From positions 100,812,001 to 100,876,000 of the forward strand of contig OX597816.1 in assembly GCA_951406725.2 (NCBI GenBank): DNA of 64,000 nt, given 5' to 3'. The translations under genes and the position numbers were made by a program. Below the pieces are notes generated by a model. It saw only the letters and a list, made by a program, of their open reading frames with translations. It had not been told where the DNA came from and made no database searches. Below are positions 12,788 through 25,900 of the stretch, in pieces. Numbering within the stretch: position 1 is the first letter of the stretch; every line of letters begins with the position of its first letter. The stretch is from Octopus vulgaris (taxonomy: Eukaryota).

Positions 12788-15700
12788 GTAAGTTCTAAAG
12801 ATAATGATAATCCTTTCTACTATAGGCACAAGGCATGAGATTTGGGGGGAGGGGTACAAAAGCTGACATCGACTCTAGTGTTCAACTGATACTTATTTTA
12901 TCAAACTTGAAAGGATGTAAGGCAAAATTGACCTTGGCAGAATTTGAACTCAGCTACTAAGCATTTTGTCCAGTGTTCTAACTATCCTGCCACCTCACCA
13001 CCTTCTTAATAATAATAATGATAATAATAATAATTCTTCATTGGCCGCAAGAGCTACAAAAACATTTAAGACAATACAAAGACATTTAATTTTGGCATTT
13101 AAGAACAGCAACAGAAGGAAAAAGAATTATGCTTTCTCTTACTTCTACCAACTGAAGTAGTTAAGATCCTTAGATTACTCATGCCATATTTTTAGCAATA
13201 ACATCTGTTTATTCTCTTTTCATTTTCCTTTGACTGCAATCAGATCATATTCTACTAGAATATGTCGAAGTCAATACATCAGTGGTGGGGAGTCAATCAC
13301 CCTAACCATGGAATCTATACAAAGTATCTACTTTTTTGATGTTTTCTAACATATGAAGGTTCCTAATTAGAAACAATTGTGTTCTTGTTAAACTAACATC
13401 ATGGACATTGTATGATAATTATATAATGAACAGTATATCTGTTAGGTTATTTAGATATCACATATAAAATGGCTTAGAAGTCAAATTGACTGACTTACAC
13501 ATCAGAATATCCAGGTGTGTATTTTTTTCAGTTACCAATAGCAAGTTATCTTCATATACACTTTTTCTTTTCTTTCTTTCCTAACAGCAACTGAAAATGA
13601 TACCCATATTCTATTCTCATCCTTTATTTTGATTCTCAGTATGGCTATTGGTTGTGTGGTAAAGAAGTTTGTTTCACACCCACATGTTTTTGTGTGCAGT
13701 CTCAGTGTGGTACCCTAGGCAAATGTTTTCTTTTCTGGCCCTGAACCAGCCAAATCCTTGTGAGGGAATCTGGTAGAATGAAGCTGGGAGAAGCTCATTA
13801 TATATATATATCTATAGTATCCAGACAACTACCCAACTGACAAGTGCCTGACAGACAAATGCAATATATTTCATTAAATTTTGATTTTTGTTTTCATTTT
13901 GGATGAAGGCTGATGTTCTACCAGCATTTGGTTGATGATCGTGTCATTAAGTACTTGTTCAATCTTCAATACCTGAAGAAAATGCCAGATATTTGGATGA
14001 CTTGTCATTATATTCACCTGTAAATGGTTATGCCATCCCTTCAAGGAATTAATTATTTGTGGTAAATCACTACATATGCAGTCATACATGTTCCACATAC
14101 AAATAGGAAAGAGTGGGTTGCCTCTGTTAAACTGTTGTATTCTACCGATATAAGAATCTTCAAAGTAACCAATGACTGGATCTGCTTCATGGCACAAATT
14201 TTCTTATAATTGCTCAAATGCTGTTACAACATTGTCTGCTAGCGCAAAAGCCAAAGCCTTTCAACACTTGGTGGTTCTTTACTTCAGCTAAGTGATGAAA
14301 AATACAGTTTTTGAGTACAGGAAGATTCGCCCAAATGACAGATAAAGGTAATGTGAAAGTGTATGTTGGGGAGATCTATCGGGCAATTGTCCATCAGGCA
14401 ATTGCTCACCGGGCAGTTGACCTAGAACCATATATTACAAAAGATTAAGTAAACAAAGAGAGAAATTTTCATTAGGTTTCTATTTATGCCTCCAAGAAAA
14501 TAACAAATATAGAAGATTATTATTAGTTAATTTTAACAGTAAATTTTTTTATAACAACTAATTTGAATACATAAGAGTTGTTGTATTTACATATTTTTCT
14601 TGAAGTTACATGTAGAAGAAGACTTAGATGCTTAATTATATACATACATATATTATTATTGTATGTTGTGATGACCAGTGACTATCTTAAACATCAATGA
14701 GTTTCAATTGATATGTGTTTGAGATATAATGAAGTGAATTTCGATGATTGTGGATTGCACTTACTTGATTGTATCATCCATTAATTTGTTTTTGTTGCTT
14801 TTTAATTGTAATTGATGTAAGATTGAATAGGTAATGCTCACGCACATAACACATACATTTGAATTAATTTTTACAATCCAGCCATCCTTTCACACAGAAT
14901 TTCATCTCTCTGAACCAAGGACCATGAAGTGACTTGTATATAATGGAACTGTGATTATGTATATCAGGAAAAAATATATATATAAGTCAAAACAATTTGT
15001 TGGCCTTTTATGGGGTTTTTTATAGATATTTATATAATATTTTGTTGTCATATATTATATTCTTAGTATTTAATGTAAAATTGTAATATAAATAAATTAT
15101 TGGATTGTCAATAGAATATCTTTATATTTAAGTTATCTTTATATATCATCATCATTCTCATTTAAGTCCACTTTCCATGCTGGCATGAGTTGGATGGGTT
15201 GACTGGGGGTTGGCAAGCCAGAAGGCTGTACCAAGCTCCAGTCTGATCTGGCAAAGTTTCTACAGCTGGATGCCCTTCCTAATACCAACCACTCCAAGAG
15301 TGTAGTGAGTGCTTTTTACATGTCACTGGCACAAGTGCCAGTCAGGTGGTACAGGCATCGACCACGCTTGAATGGTACTTTTTACATGCCACCAGCACAG
15401 AACCCAGACAGGTAGCACTGGCAATAACCACGCTTGAATGGTGCTTATTATGTGCCACCAGCATGGAACCAGTCAACCGGCACTGGTATCGACCATGCTT
15501 GAATGTGCCACTGGCATGGGTGCCAATCAGGTGGTACTGTCATCGGCCATAACAATGGTTTCACTTGCCTCAACAGATCTTTGCAAGTGCAGTTTATTGC
15601 CCAATGATTGAAAGGTACTCTTAAATGGGCTGGTTATGGTGCACTGGCATAGGCCATGGTTAAGGACTCACTTGGTTTGGTGGGTCTTCTCAAGCACAGC

Positions 15701-15943
15701 ATATCTCCAAGGGTCTCAGCCATTGCCTCGGTGAGGCCCAATGTTCAAAGGTTGTGATTCACCACCTCATCCCAGGTCTTCCTGGGTCTACCTCTTCCAC
15801 AGGTTTCCACTACTGCTAGGGTGTGACACTTTTTCACACAGCTGTCCTCATCCATACACAACACATGACCATACCAACACAGTTGCCTCTCTTGCACACC
15901 ATATCTGATGCTTCTTGAGTGCAACTTTTCTCTCAGAGTACCT

Positions 15944-15980
<37 letters not shown>

Positions 15981-18900
15981 ATGCATGCCAAATGAGAGCT
16001 GGAAGAAACAAGAATTTTTATTAATCACTACAATTGTTTTGACACATCTAGCATTGATTGATCTCTCATGGGTGGGATTCTTGACAACTGGTTCAGGAGC
16101 ATCTAACAGTGCAGATGTGTCTCTTTGGGTGACAAATAGATATAACTCATTAAAATAACTGTTCTGCAATGTATCTTCTCATTTCATGTAAAGCACAGCA
16201 GCAAATTAAAGGATATAGCTTCATTTATATAGAAGACAATAATGAAATATCAGATGCAATAAAGAAACAAACAATACAGCAAAAAAAGTGCATATACACA
16301 CATAACCTCATTTTAGCATCCAGTTTCCAATACTTCCATGGGTCAGAGAGGATTTTTATTAAGGCTGATTTTCTACAGCCATATGCCTTTCCTGTCACCA
16401 AACATCACCTATTTTCAATTTAGGTGATATTTCCTCATGGCCAGACATAATTTCACAGAATATTGGAAATGGATGGTATGGCTTCTATGACAGTGAGAGT
16501 TATTTACAACTGTCATGCAATATATGCATGCATGTTTGTCTTGATATCACATGATAGTTGCAAGTGAGTGCTACCATCATTCAAACTTTGCCACTCATTT
16601 CCAGTCTTCCAAGGAAATATAACTAGACAAGGTGAAATGTCACCCTTCTTGGAAACAGCTGAAAGTTGGCAGCAGGAAAAGTATCCAGTCCAAGAAACAT
16701 TACCACCACAAATTCTGTATGACCTATGCAAGCACAGAAATGTAAACATTCAAATGATGATGACAAGATATATATCTAAATAAATGATAGAAGATAGTGA
16801 TAATTGAGGTCTAATGCACCATTCATTTCTTATGACCAGTAGGTGCTGCTAAAACATGGCAGTAATAGAGTTGTAGTTTTCATAATCAAGAGTTGATAAA
16901 CTGACACAAGAATCTAAATTGCTTTCTATCTGTGGGTATGAATGCCAATTCATCATTATCATCATCATTTAACGTCCGCTTTCCATGCTAGCATGGGTTG
17001 GACGATTTTGACTGAGGGCTGGCTAACCAGACGGCCGCACCAGGCTCTAATCTTGATCTGGCAGAGTTTCTACAGCTAGATGCCCTTCCTATTGCCAACC
17101 ACTCCAAGAGTGTAGTGGGTGATTTTTACGTGCCACCGGCACAGGGCCAGTCAGGCGGTACTGGCAATGACCTCGCTTGAATTCATGTTCTACAAATTTT
17201 GAAATCTCATCAATCTGAAAATCATTTATTTCATTATAGCTATCATTTTCCACCTCTTCATGCAATACCATATTTATTCTCTGCAACGCCATCATGAGTG
17301 ATACATTATTTGCATCATGTGGAAAATTTTCCACCAATATTATCCAAATATTATTATATACAACTCACCCAAGACTAGGCCCCTGTGTAATGCATTCCCT
17401 ACAAAGGTCAAGTTCACATAAGAACTTTGCAACACAATTTCTTCACTGCAAATGGGCCTTCTCTTTTCAATGCTATCCCGAAAGAAATTAAAGTAGAAAA
17501 AGGTCCAACAACTTTCAAACGGTACCTGGACAAATTCTTCCAGGAAATACCAGATAAGTCACCTACACCTGGATACATTTCAGCCAACAACAACAACTCT
17601 TTGCTTGAGTGGCCCATGGTGTCCCAAAACAATTAATTGAAAGACTTTGCAAGGTGGTGGTATTGAGTTAGTCATGGTTTGGACCATTAATGGCCGAAAC
17701 CAATCTAAGTTAAGTTATCTAAATTTGAACAAAAGAGGGAACATAGATAATAGAAAGTTGAGTCAGATACTTCACAGTTTCATGTTCAGTGCTGTTTGTT
17801 TGAGTTCAAATGTTGCAGGATTTAACTGTATCTTTCATCTGTATGTGTGTGTGTGTGGGGGGGGGGGTATATAAATGGGAGTAATATATGGGTAAGCTAA
17901 TTAACATCTTATTTTTTTTACAGTATTCTCATTTTAGTAATTTTTAATAAGCTAACATTTTTTTCTATCATCACTATAGTTTGTTTTTTTCCTTTATAGC
18001 AATGAAAAATTGCCTTGTAATATTTCTGTTTATGTATGTGTATGTTTTTACTTATTAATTTGTGTATCACTTTGTTTGTATTTACTCTGTTCTACATTTT
18101 TTTTTATCTTTGTTCTTATCTTCTTCAGAAATATGAAGCCATTGAAGTCTGCCAGAAAAGTTTGTTTCACATTGAACTAACGAAATCAGTGGCAGATCCT
18201 GAATTTGGCTTCCGAGTGGAGGCAGAATTATCAGATCACTATGATAAGGATGATGAATTACAAGTTTATGTATGTGAGATCAAACCAGGAGGTTTAGCTC
18301 ATCGGAAAGGTCATTAGAGTTTCATCTTTTATTATTAAAAATATATATTTGTGTGTGCATCTAATATTAGCCCTTTCTTAGTCAACATATGAAAGCTATT
18401 TTAATACAATGGCTTCATGTCATTCTTCACAAGCAAATCTTGTTAATAAGAGATAATTCATCATCATCATCATTTAGCGTCCGCTTTCCATGCTAGCATG
18501 GGTTGGACGGTTCAACTGGGGTCTGTGAAGCCAGAAGGCTGCATCAGGCCCAGTCTGATCTGGCAGTGTTTCTACAGCTGGATGCCCTTCCTAACGCCAA
18601 CCACTCCATGAGTGTAGTGGGTGCTTTTTACATGCCACTTGCACCGGTGCCAGACAGAGCTGGCAAACGGCCACGGACGGATGGTGCTTTTTACGTGCCA
18701 CCGGCACAGGGGGCCAAGCGAGGCTGGCAACGGCCACGAATGGATGGTGCTTTTTACGTGCCACTGGCACGGAGGCCAGTCAGGGCAGTGCTGGCAACGG
18801 CCACGATCGGATGGTTCGCTTACTTGTCACCGGCACTGGTATCACAGCTGCAATTTCTATTGATGTTGATCGACTTCGATTTTGGTTCTGCTTTCTGATA

Positions 18901-19126
18901 TCTGATTTGATTTGGTTTGATTTTGATTGTCAATATAAAACATTTTGAATAGCTTCCGCAAATCAAAGACTAAAACATTTATTATAAAAAAAAATTTTTC
19001 AGACTAATTTCATCTAATTTTAGAGATAGAAGATCTCATGAAATGGGAAAAAGTCAAAATCAAAAGTAAAACTGAAAAACATCACAGATGCAAATAACCA
19101 ACAGATAATTCTATCAAAATACATGG

Positions 19127-19161
<35 letters not shown>

Positions 19162-19885
19162 AATGTATGTATTTTTTCAATGTGTACAAATAACATGGAA
19201 AAAATAAATAGTTACCAGGGTAGCTAAAATTCACATAAGTACCATGGATGTTACACCATACTTATAAAGGTATAAATTCCAGGGTTAAGTGGAATGTTTT
19301 TGTATAACATAAATAAATTAAGAAATGGAGTTAAACGCAGATGTTTTTCAAATCTTTATACTTCCGACATATTTTTCGAAGAAAACATTGATATTATTCT
19401 GGAGGGAATAAAAATGATGTAAATCAATGCAATCATCTTGTCAGGGAAAAAAAGAGAAATAAAAAAGCACATCAGTAAGTCATTTTAACTGAATGTGATT
19501 ACGACATATATAATGAAGGGGAACACTGGCAAGTTATTTTTTAAAAAACTAATAGATTTAATGTCAAAGACAATTTAGAGAATTGCCTTTGACATTAAAT
19601 CTATTAACATTTTCTTAAAAAATAACTTGCCAGCATTCCACTTCATCATATATGTCGTAATCACATTCAGTTAAAATGACTTACTGCTGTGTTTTTTTTT
19701 TTTTACCCTGATGGGGTGATTGCATTGTTTTACATCATTTTATTCCCTCCAGAATAATATCAGTATTTTCTTTGAAACATATGTCGGAAGTATAAAGATT
19801 TGAATAACACCTCCATTTAACTCCATTTCTTAATTTATCAATGTATGTATGTATCTATCTATCTATCTATCTATATATATATTTA

Positions 19886-19922
<37 letters not shown>

Positions 19923-22900
19923 GTGTGTGTGTTTAATATTATTTCTTTATTTCACATAAATGAAATCTATAGAGAAGTATCAAATGCCTGTATGAAAGAC
20001 ATAAACAAAATATGTAACTATTCAAAACATATAACTCAGTGCATTGCAAATTTAGCTCACTTTTGCTTCTCTTCTAATACTCTATTTAATAATATTGCTA
20101 AAATGAAATGGTGCTCAACAAAAATATTATTGTAGTTGGCATAATATCAGAGTAAATTATTATTGAAAATTAACTCTAATCCTGAACTGAAGCAATATTA
20201 GTAAGGAGGTCCTATAAGAGAAAGGTTCAAACAGTATACAGGTCCAGAGCCCAAAAAGTTGAATAAGTTATGAATATCTGTCAGGCTGTTTTTTTTTTTT
20301 AATCATAAACCCAGGCTGCTTTTAATATCAAAGAGATATGGATCCCAACCAGTCCAGATTGAGCCTATACTGTCTTACTTCAATTAGATGTCATTATTTA
20401 GACAAATGCTATCAGCAGTAGCTGAAGCAGTTTAATGATAGATTTAGACTCTTGAAGTAATAGCTTGGCCAGTATGTTTTTAGTTTCAGTGGTTATGACA
20501 CTGAACATATCTATAATCTTTTCAGAAAAAAATATGAACATTTGGTAAGAATCATTAGTTTTCATATTGTATGTGAATTGCAAATCACTCCTAAATATGC
20601 AAGTTTTAGTTGTAAGATTTCTTTCTTACTCCATTCTGTGGTTCATCTGTCATTAATGACCATGGACAGGGTTCCTCGTTGTGCACCCTACTTGAACAGT
20701 GTTGTCTGTCACTGAACAGTTTGATCTGCAAATGGCAGCCTCTTTCACAAAAGCTGCAATTGTGACTCGTTCCAGTACTGTTTAAGTTGTTGTTTTTCCT
20801 TGGTCTTGTCTCTTCAGTATAGAATGTTCAATGGGATTCAGTCCTGGGTGATATGATATGGAAGACAGGTTTTTGCCTATGCAGCATGTTTTCCCTCTCC
20901 ACACTACTGATGCAGCCAATGGAACAGGTCGGCCATTACGATTTCACACTAGCGTCAACATAGGAGTTGCCAGAATGAGGTTGTTGACAACATTGGACTG
21001 CCTCTAAGACTCCAACTCCCAATTTTTTCTCTGGATTTACTCTCAAAGTCTTCCCCACAGCTGGATATGGCCACAAGGTGGTTGGGGTTTGGAATCAGAG
21101 TTTTCCTTCTTCTAGATGGGCTGCCAGCCCCTGAGCTAATGAGCTCTATCTGCCCTGACTGACTTGCTAATTAACCTTAGCTGAGACCTGACAGGTGTCA
21201 TTATTTCAGGTCAGGGTAGACCTGGGAACAATAGTGGCTAAGAGGTGGTTCCACAGCCCTCAAAACCTTGGGATTCCCAAACTAAGGCCCCACTACAGTG
21301 TTATCTTGCCTTTTACTTTTTTCTATCTTAAACAGTCATAGTGTATTTTCAGAGTTAGTGAGAAGAGTTTGAAGAGACTCCAGCAACTGGATTAGCTGTA
21401 AATTTAATTGCATTTGGAAATAATGGAAAGTGATTATCTGTTGTCATTGGATGTATTTTAGTTTCCGGCTTCACAACAATAAAATGTAGATTTACTTGGC
21501 CGTGAACATCTGTCAAAGTATCCAGAAATAAGTTGTTTATTTCTCTTTGTATGATCAAATATATTATCTGTTTATTTCATACACATTTGGAGTTTTTATT
21601 GGAAGATAATGCATTAAATTGTTAGTATCAAGTAAAATATTGGTTTTAGTTTTATTTCATTTATTTATCCTTTATTTTATCCTTTTTGTAGTTCTTATCC
21701 TTGTTTAGTTCTAGATTAGCCCTCATCAAGCAAACCTATGATCAAAGGCATTCCAGCTGTGACTTTCCATCTTTTGCTTAACATGTCTTTTTAAGACATA
21801 GGTATGATTAGAGGGAGATTAAGCTGCTATTTTTAGCAAGACAAATGATCTTGTAGCAGTTTATCTCTTTTCTTTCAGTGGATAAATATTTTACTTCTCT
21901 TTTTTGTTTTTAGGTTTTTGTAAGTAATGGTTAAGTTAAAAACACAAGAATTCTTTATAACTTTTAAGAGGTTGTGTCATTTCCAAATTGGGCTTATTTC
22001 TGATAGCGATGTTGGTTTTACTATCATAACTCACCAGTAGTATAATTATTACAATGATGTTGCTTAACTGTTGATCTGACATTCAGGTAAGAGTGAATGT
22101 TGATATTCTCTTATTCTTATATTGTTATTTATTTTCTTTCTTTGAGATCAATTGATATGGTGTTTTTCAATAGCTAACTTGTGTATTTATGAGAAGAATA
22201 TTCATGTATATGCATGCACATACACATGTCATTAATGTGTTCAGACACACAGTCACACATTTATACATATGTATGATGACATATTTCAATCCTATAGCAT
22301 TTATAATACTTTTAGAAACATGTTTACTCAAAAATGAACCATGCTTTTTCTCTTTTTTATTAATGTATCAGATGAAGCAGAGCAGTTTGCATGACCTTGC
22401 AGGCTCTTGCAAATTAGTGATATTGGTAGCTAATGTCTATTGACCTTCAGTATGTTAATATCTATTAGGAAAACATTAATTGAGGAGGTATTGTAAAAAG
22501 ACGCAGTGATATGGAAGAATGGCTAAGATTTTAGAGTGAGATATTGTAGGACACAACAGGAATGCTTAGGATATGGATGTGTGTAAGCTTTTTCATCATT
22601 GCTTCTAAGTTTTTTTTTTTATTTTCTTAATTTGCAGGGTTGATTCCTGGGGATGAAATTTTAATCATCAATGGAAAGATAGTCTCAGAGCTTGATATGG
22701 TATTCATTGAAGCCTTGCTTCATGAATCCCATTCTTTATGTATGACGGTTCAAACCTGTCGTGTTCAGGTTCCAACTGTGGTCAATGCAGGAGGGCCGTC
22801 AGCAGATACCAATGACAGCATTATCCAAAATACCATTGGCACTCCTCCACAGCCTAGAGACAAAGCCTTAGCTGATTTGTCTGTAGGCTCTCCAGGTAAT

Positions 22901-25900
22901 ATGTTTTCCATTACATATTTCATTTTCTTTCTGGATATGTTTTCATTTGTATATTAATGTTGCTTTCTATTCATTTCACTCTTATCCTGAAGCTGCTCCT
23001 TACAGAAACAGGTGATTCAATATGTTACTTTCTATGGTGCATATTTAAAAGCTAATAATTGAACAATATAATAACACTGTTAGAGGATGAAAAGTGTTGC
23101 TACTGTAGATATAGGCTGTTTATACATTAAGCGTAAGATTCAGCAGAGCATGAAAAATAGAGGTAGAAGCTGAAAAACATTATTTAAACTAAAGTCAGAA
23201 TGAGTAAAAGACGACATGGTCAGATGAAGTGTGAATAATATGCATTTGATAAACTAATACATAAATTACAAATCACAAAAATATGTAAAATTATGAAATA
23301 TTCAAATAATATATGGAAAAAGGATTTATTATTATTAACATACCCAAGCAGAATTCCTAGAGTTAAAGGAATAACCAACTAGACATTCCACCTGCAAGAA
23401 ATAGTAGTCAAGTCCCTTTTGAATTCCATCCTGTCTTATAGCATAGATATGCTGTTCCCAAAGAAAGTACAGTACAGTCATGGTTGGAACAGCTTTAATT
23501 ATTTGTTTACTATGTCACATGAATAGATATGTACTTGATAGTCACAACTGACTTCAACAAAAACAATTGCAAAGTGATTCTAGATATCTCAGGTTTTCAG
23601 TATTTCAAGGTTTTTACTCTACCTTAATATTAAGGAGTTATTGTTGAATATATTTGGTTTCAAAACTTCTTGTTTGTCATGATAAACACAATAGTTCACC
23701 TGTTTTCAGTTTTCTCTCATTCACTATTTTATCTGTGAGTTGTATCAGCTTTAAGCCAGGTGGTTATTAAACAGGTAAATTCAGTCAAACAAAAAGACAA
23801 GACTAAGTAATGTGATACATTAGTGTACTCATTCATGTGAACCAACTAAGAATATTATTGACATTTGAAGAAAACAATTGACTTTCATAATAATAGCTTG
23901 TTTCATGTAACAGTTACTACTAGACATCTGACATGAAATGTCAAGTTTTATCGAGCAAGGTGAGAAATATCATTGGACAAAAATGGATACAATTTTTGTT
24001 CTCTTCATAATATGCACCTTAACAAATAGTCAAAATATATTTCACTCCAGCTCTTCTTTTATTTCTGTTATCATAGGTCGAGATTCCAGACAGGGCACTT
24101 TGTCACCACGAAAATCACCATTACCACCAAAGCTCTCTCCAAAAGAGATTGATGTTCTTCTAAAGGTAAATGTTATTTTTTTAACTATTTCTGTTTACTC
24201 CTCTTTTCTATTTATAATTCTGTTTCTGATTGCTTTCATCAAATCTACACAACTTGAATTATTGTTAAATGTAAATATAATAGATACTACATATTGTGGA
24301 AATGTAATGTTATGAGTGTTGTACTTCTAAGCTGGTAGATATTAAAAGATTCAAATTTTCAACTTTTTTAAGGAATGTATAGTCTTATTAAAATTGCTTG
24401 TGTGTGTGTATAGTTGTTGGTATCAAGGTATCTTTTCTATATTTACAGACTACAAACTATCTATATCCCCAAAAAATTAACTTTAGGAAGTTTTCCTTAT
24501 TGTCTAAAAAGCTACATCCTGTACACACACACATATGTAGAATAGCAATATTATCTTATTATATACATAGAAACACAAATATATATATAATAAGTAATGT
24601 TTGTTGCCACTTCAACATTGCTGTTCCATACGCAACAATGTTACCACTCTTTTTTAACCCCAGGTGAACCCATGATATGGTAAACTTTTCGTTGCTATTT
24701 CTAGCAGGTCAAGCAACTACAAAAATTGTATGTATTTGTAGCACATGTGATGGCTTGATTGTATTGTGTTTGATTGATGTGGTGCTCATGATACATTTCT
24801 TGAGATGTCTAACATCTGCATTTTGGTCTTGATAATATCAACACATAATAGACACATACAGTAGGGATATAGGTAGAGTGTATTTAGTGTGATTTCAGAG
24901 ACACCCTTATGGTAGCATGTCGTTTCATGTAAAATGAGAATATTTTTCTAGTATGGAATTATCTTCCGCACTTGATTTGTGTTTCCATGAATCATATAAT
25001 TTTGATTGAACTTGCTATAGTGTTTGTTTAGCCACAGATCAGGCCTATTCTACTCGTGGTTAAAAGTATTCCAACATTCCCAATTTTTGTTTTTTCTTAG
25101 AAATATAGAACTACATTATTTAATATGTATTTCCCGTTTTGAAGTACATTATTCTGTGATATGGAAGTTATTTGAGTGTCTACATAAAGCTTTACTTATA
25201 GGCAAATTTATAATAATGAAATATAGCCTTATTGACAGATACCTCTTTCTAACAATATAGAAAATACCAGGTTTTTAAAGGCACTACTCAGTTGTTAACA
25301 GCTATTCTCTGAAAAAGTATATATCCTATGGAACATATGTTATCAGTCTTTATGTGATGAATATGTCCTCAGTTTTGTATTATAAACTGTACAGTTAAGA
25401 GGGAAAGTTGTTTGTGTTTTGAGAATTATATCTATTCAAAGCTGCGACATTAAATCCCCTAAGACTGGGCTTTTAAATTCATTTGCAAATAAAAACTGCT
25501 AAATTCCACTCTAGGATATCCTTTAACTAATGTTTTCATTATCATGGTTTAGTAAGGTAGCAAGCTGGCAGAATCATTAGCACACCCGGCAAAATGCTTA
25601 ACGCATTTTGTCCGTCTTTACATTCCGAGTTCAAATTCCACTGAGATTGACTTTACCCTGGCCTTGTGCGAAAATTTAGAATCATTATTATAGTTTAGTC
25701 AAGAGGAAGGAAATGTGCCTATGACTTCCATAGACCCAGTGATATTGATTCCATTAGTGCACTTTTTCAGTAGTTTTAAGTTGATAGCTGCAAGTAAAGC
25801 ATGTGCAGAGAGGAATTTCCAGAAAATGTTCTGAAGATGAAGGACTTTGTTATGTTGAGGACATATCCTCACTGGGAGTAATGCTTAGTAATGGTGAGGT

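Larger units (their letters stand above)
19313..19838. repeat. Long foldback palindrome, probably inverted Penelope-like pseudo-LTR pair
   Basis: ~260-bp arms are reverse complements around a 5-nt loop (tagag, 19576-19580); each arm carries a hammerhead-like core. Confidence 0.9.

Noticed and set aside
18307-18315. Weak donor AAG|gtcatt suggesting a wrong exon end
   Set aside because: It is the GT that gives the phase required to form RKG-LIPGD of the PDZ fold, so it was kept as the true donor.
18620-18845. Repeat-spacer-like periodicity resembling a CRISPR array
   Set aside because: Tandem units of the RTE 3' UTR in a eukaryotic intron; the spacers are related to each other and there are no cas genes.
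21180-21300. Possible HDV-like ribozyme at the 5' end of the RTE/BovB-like relic
   Set aside because: Some RTEs carry these, but I could not build the nested double pseudoknot by eye; it needs an RNArobo/Infernal search.
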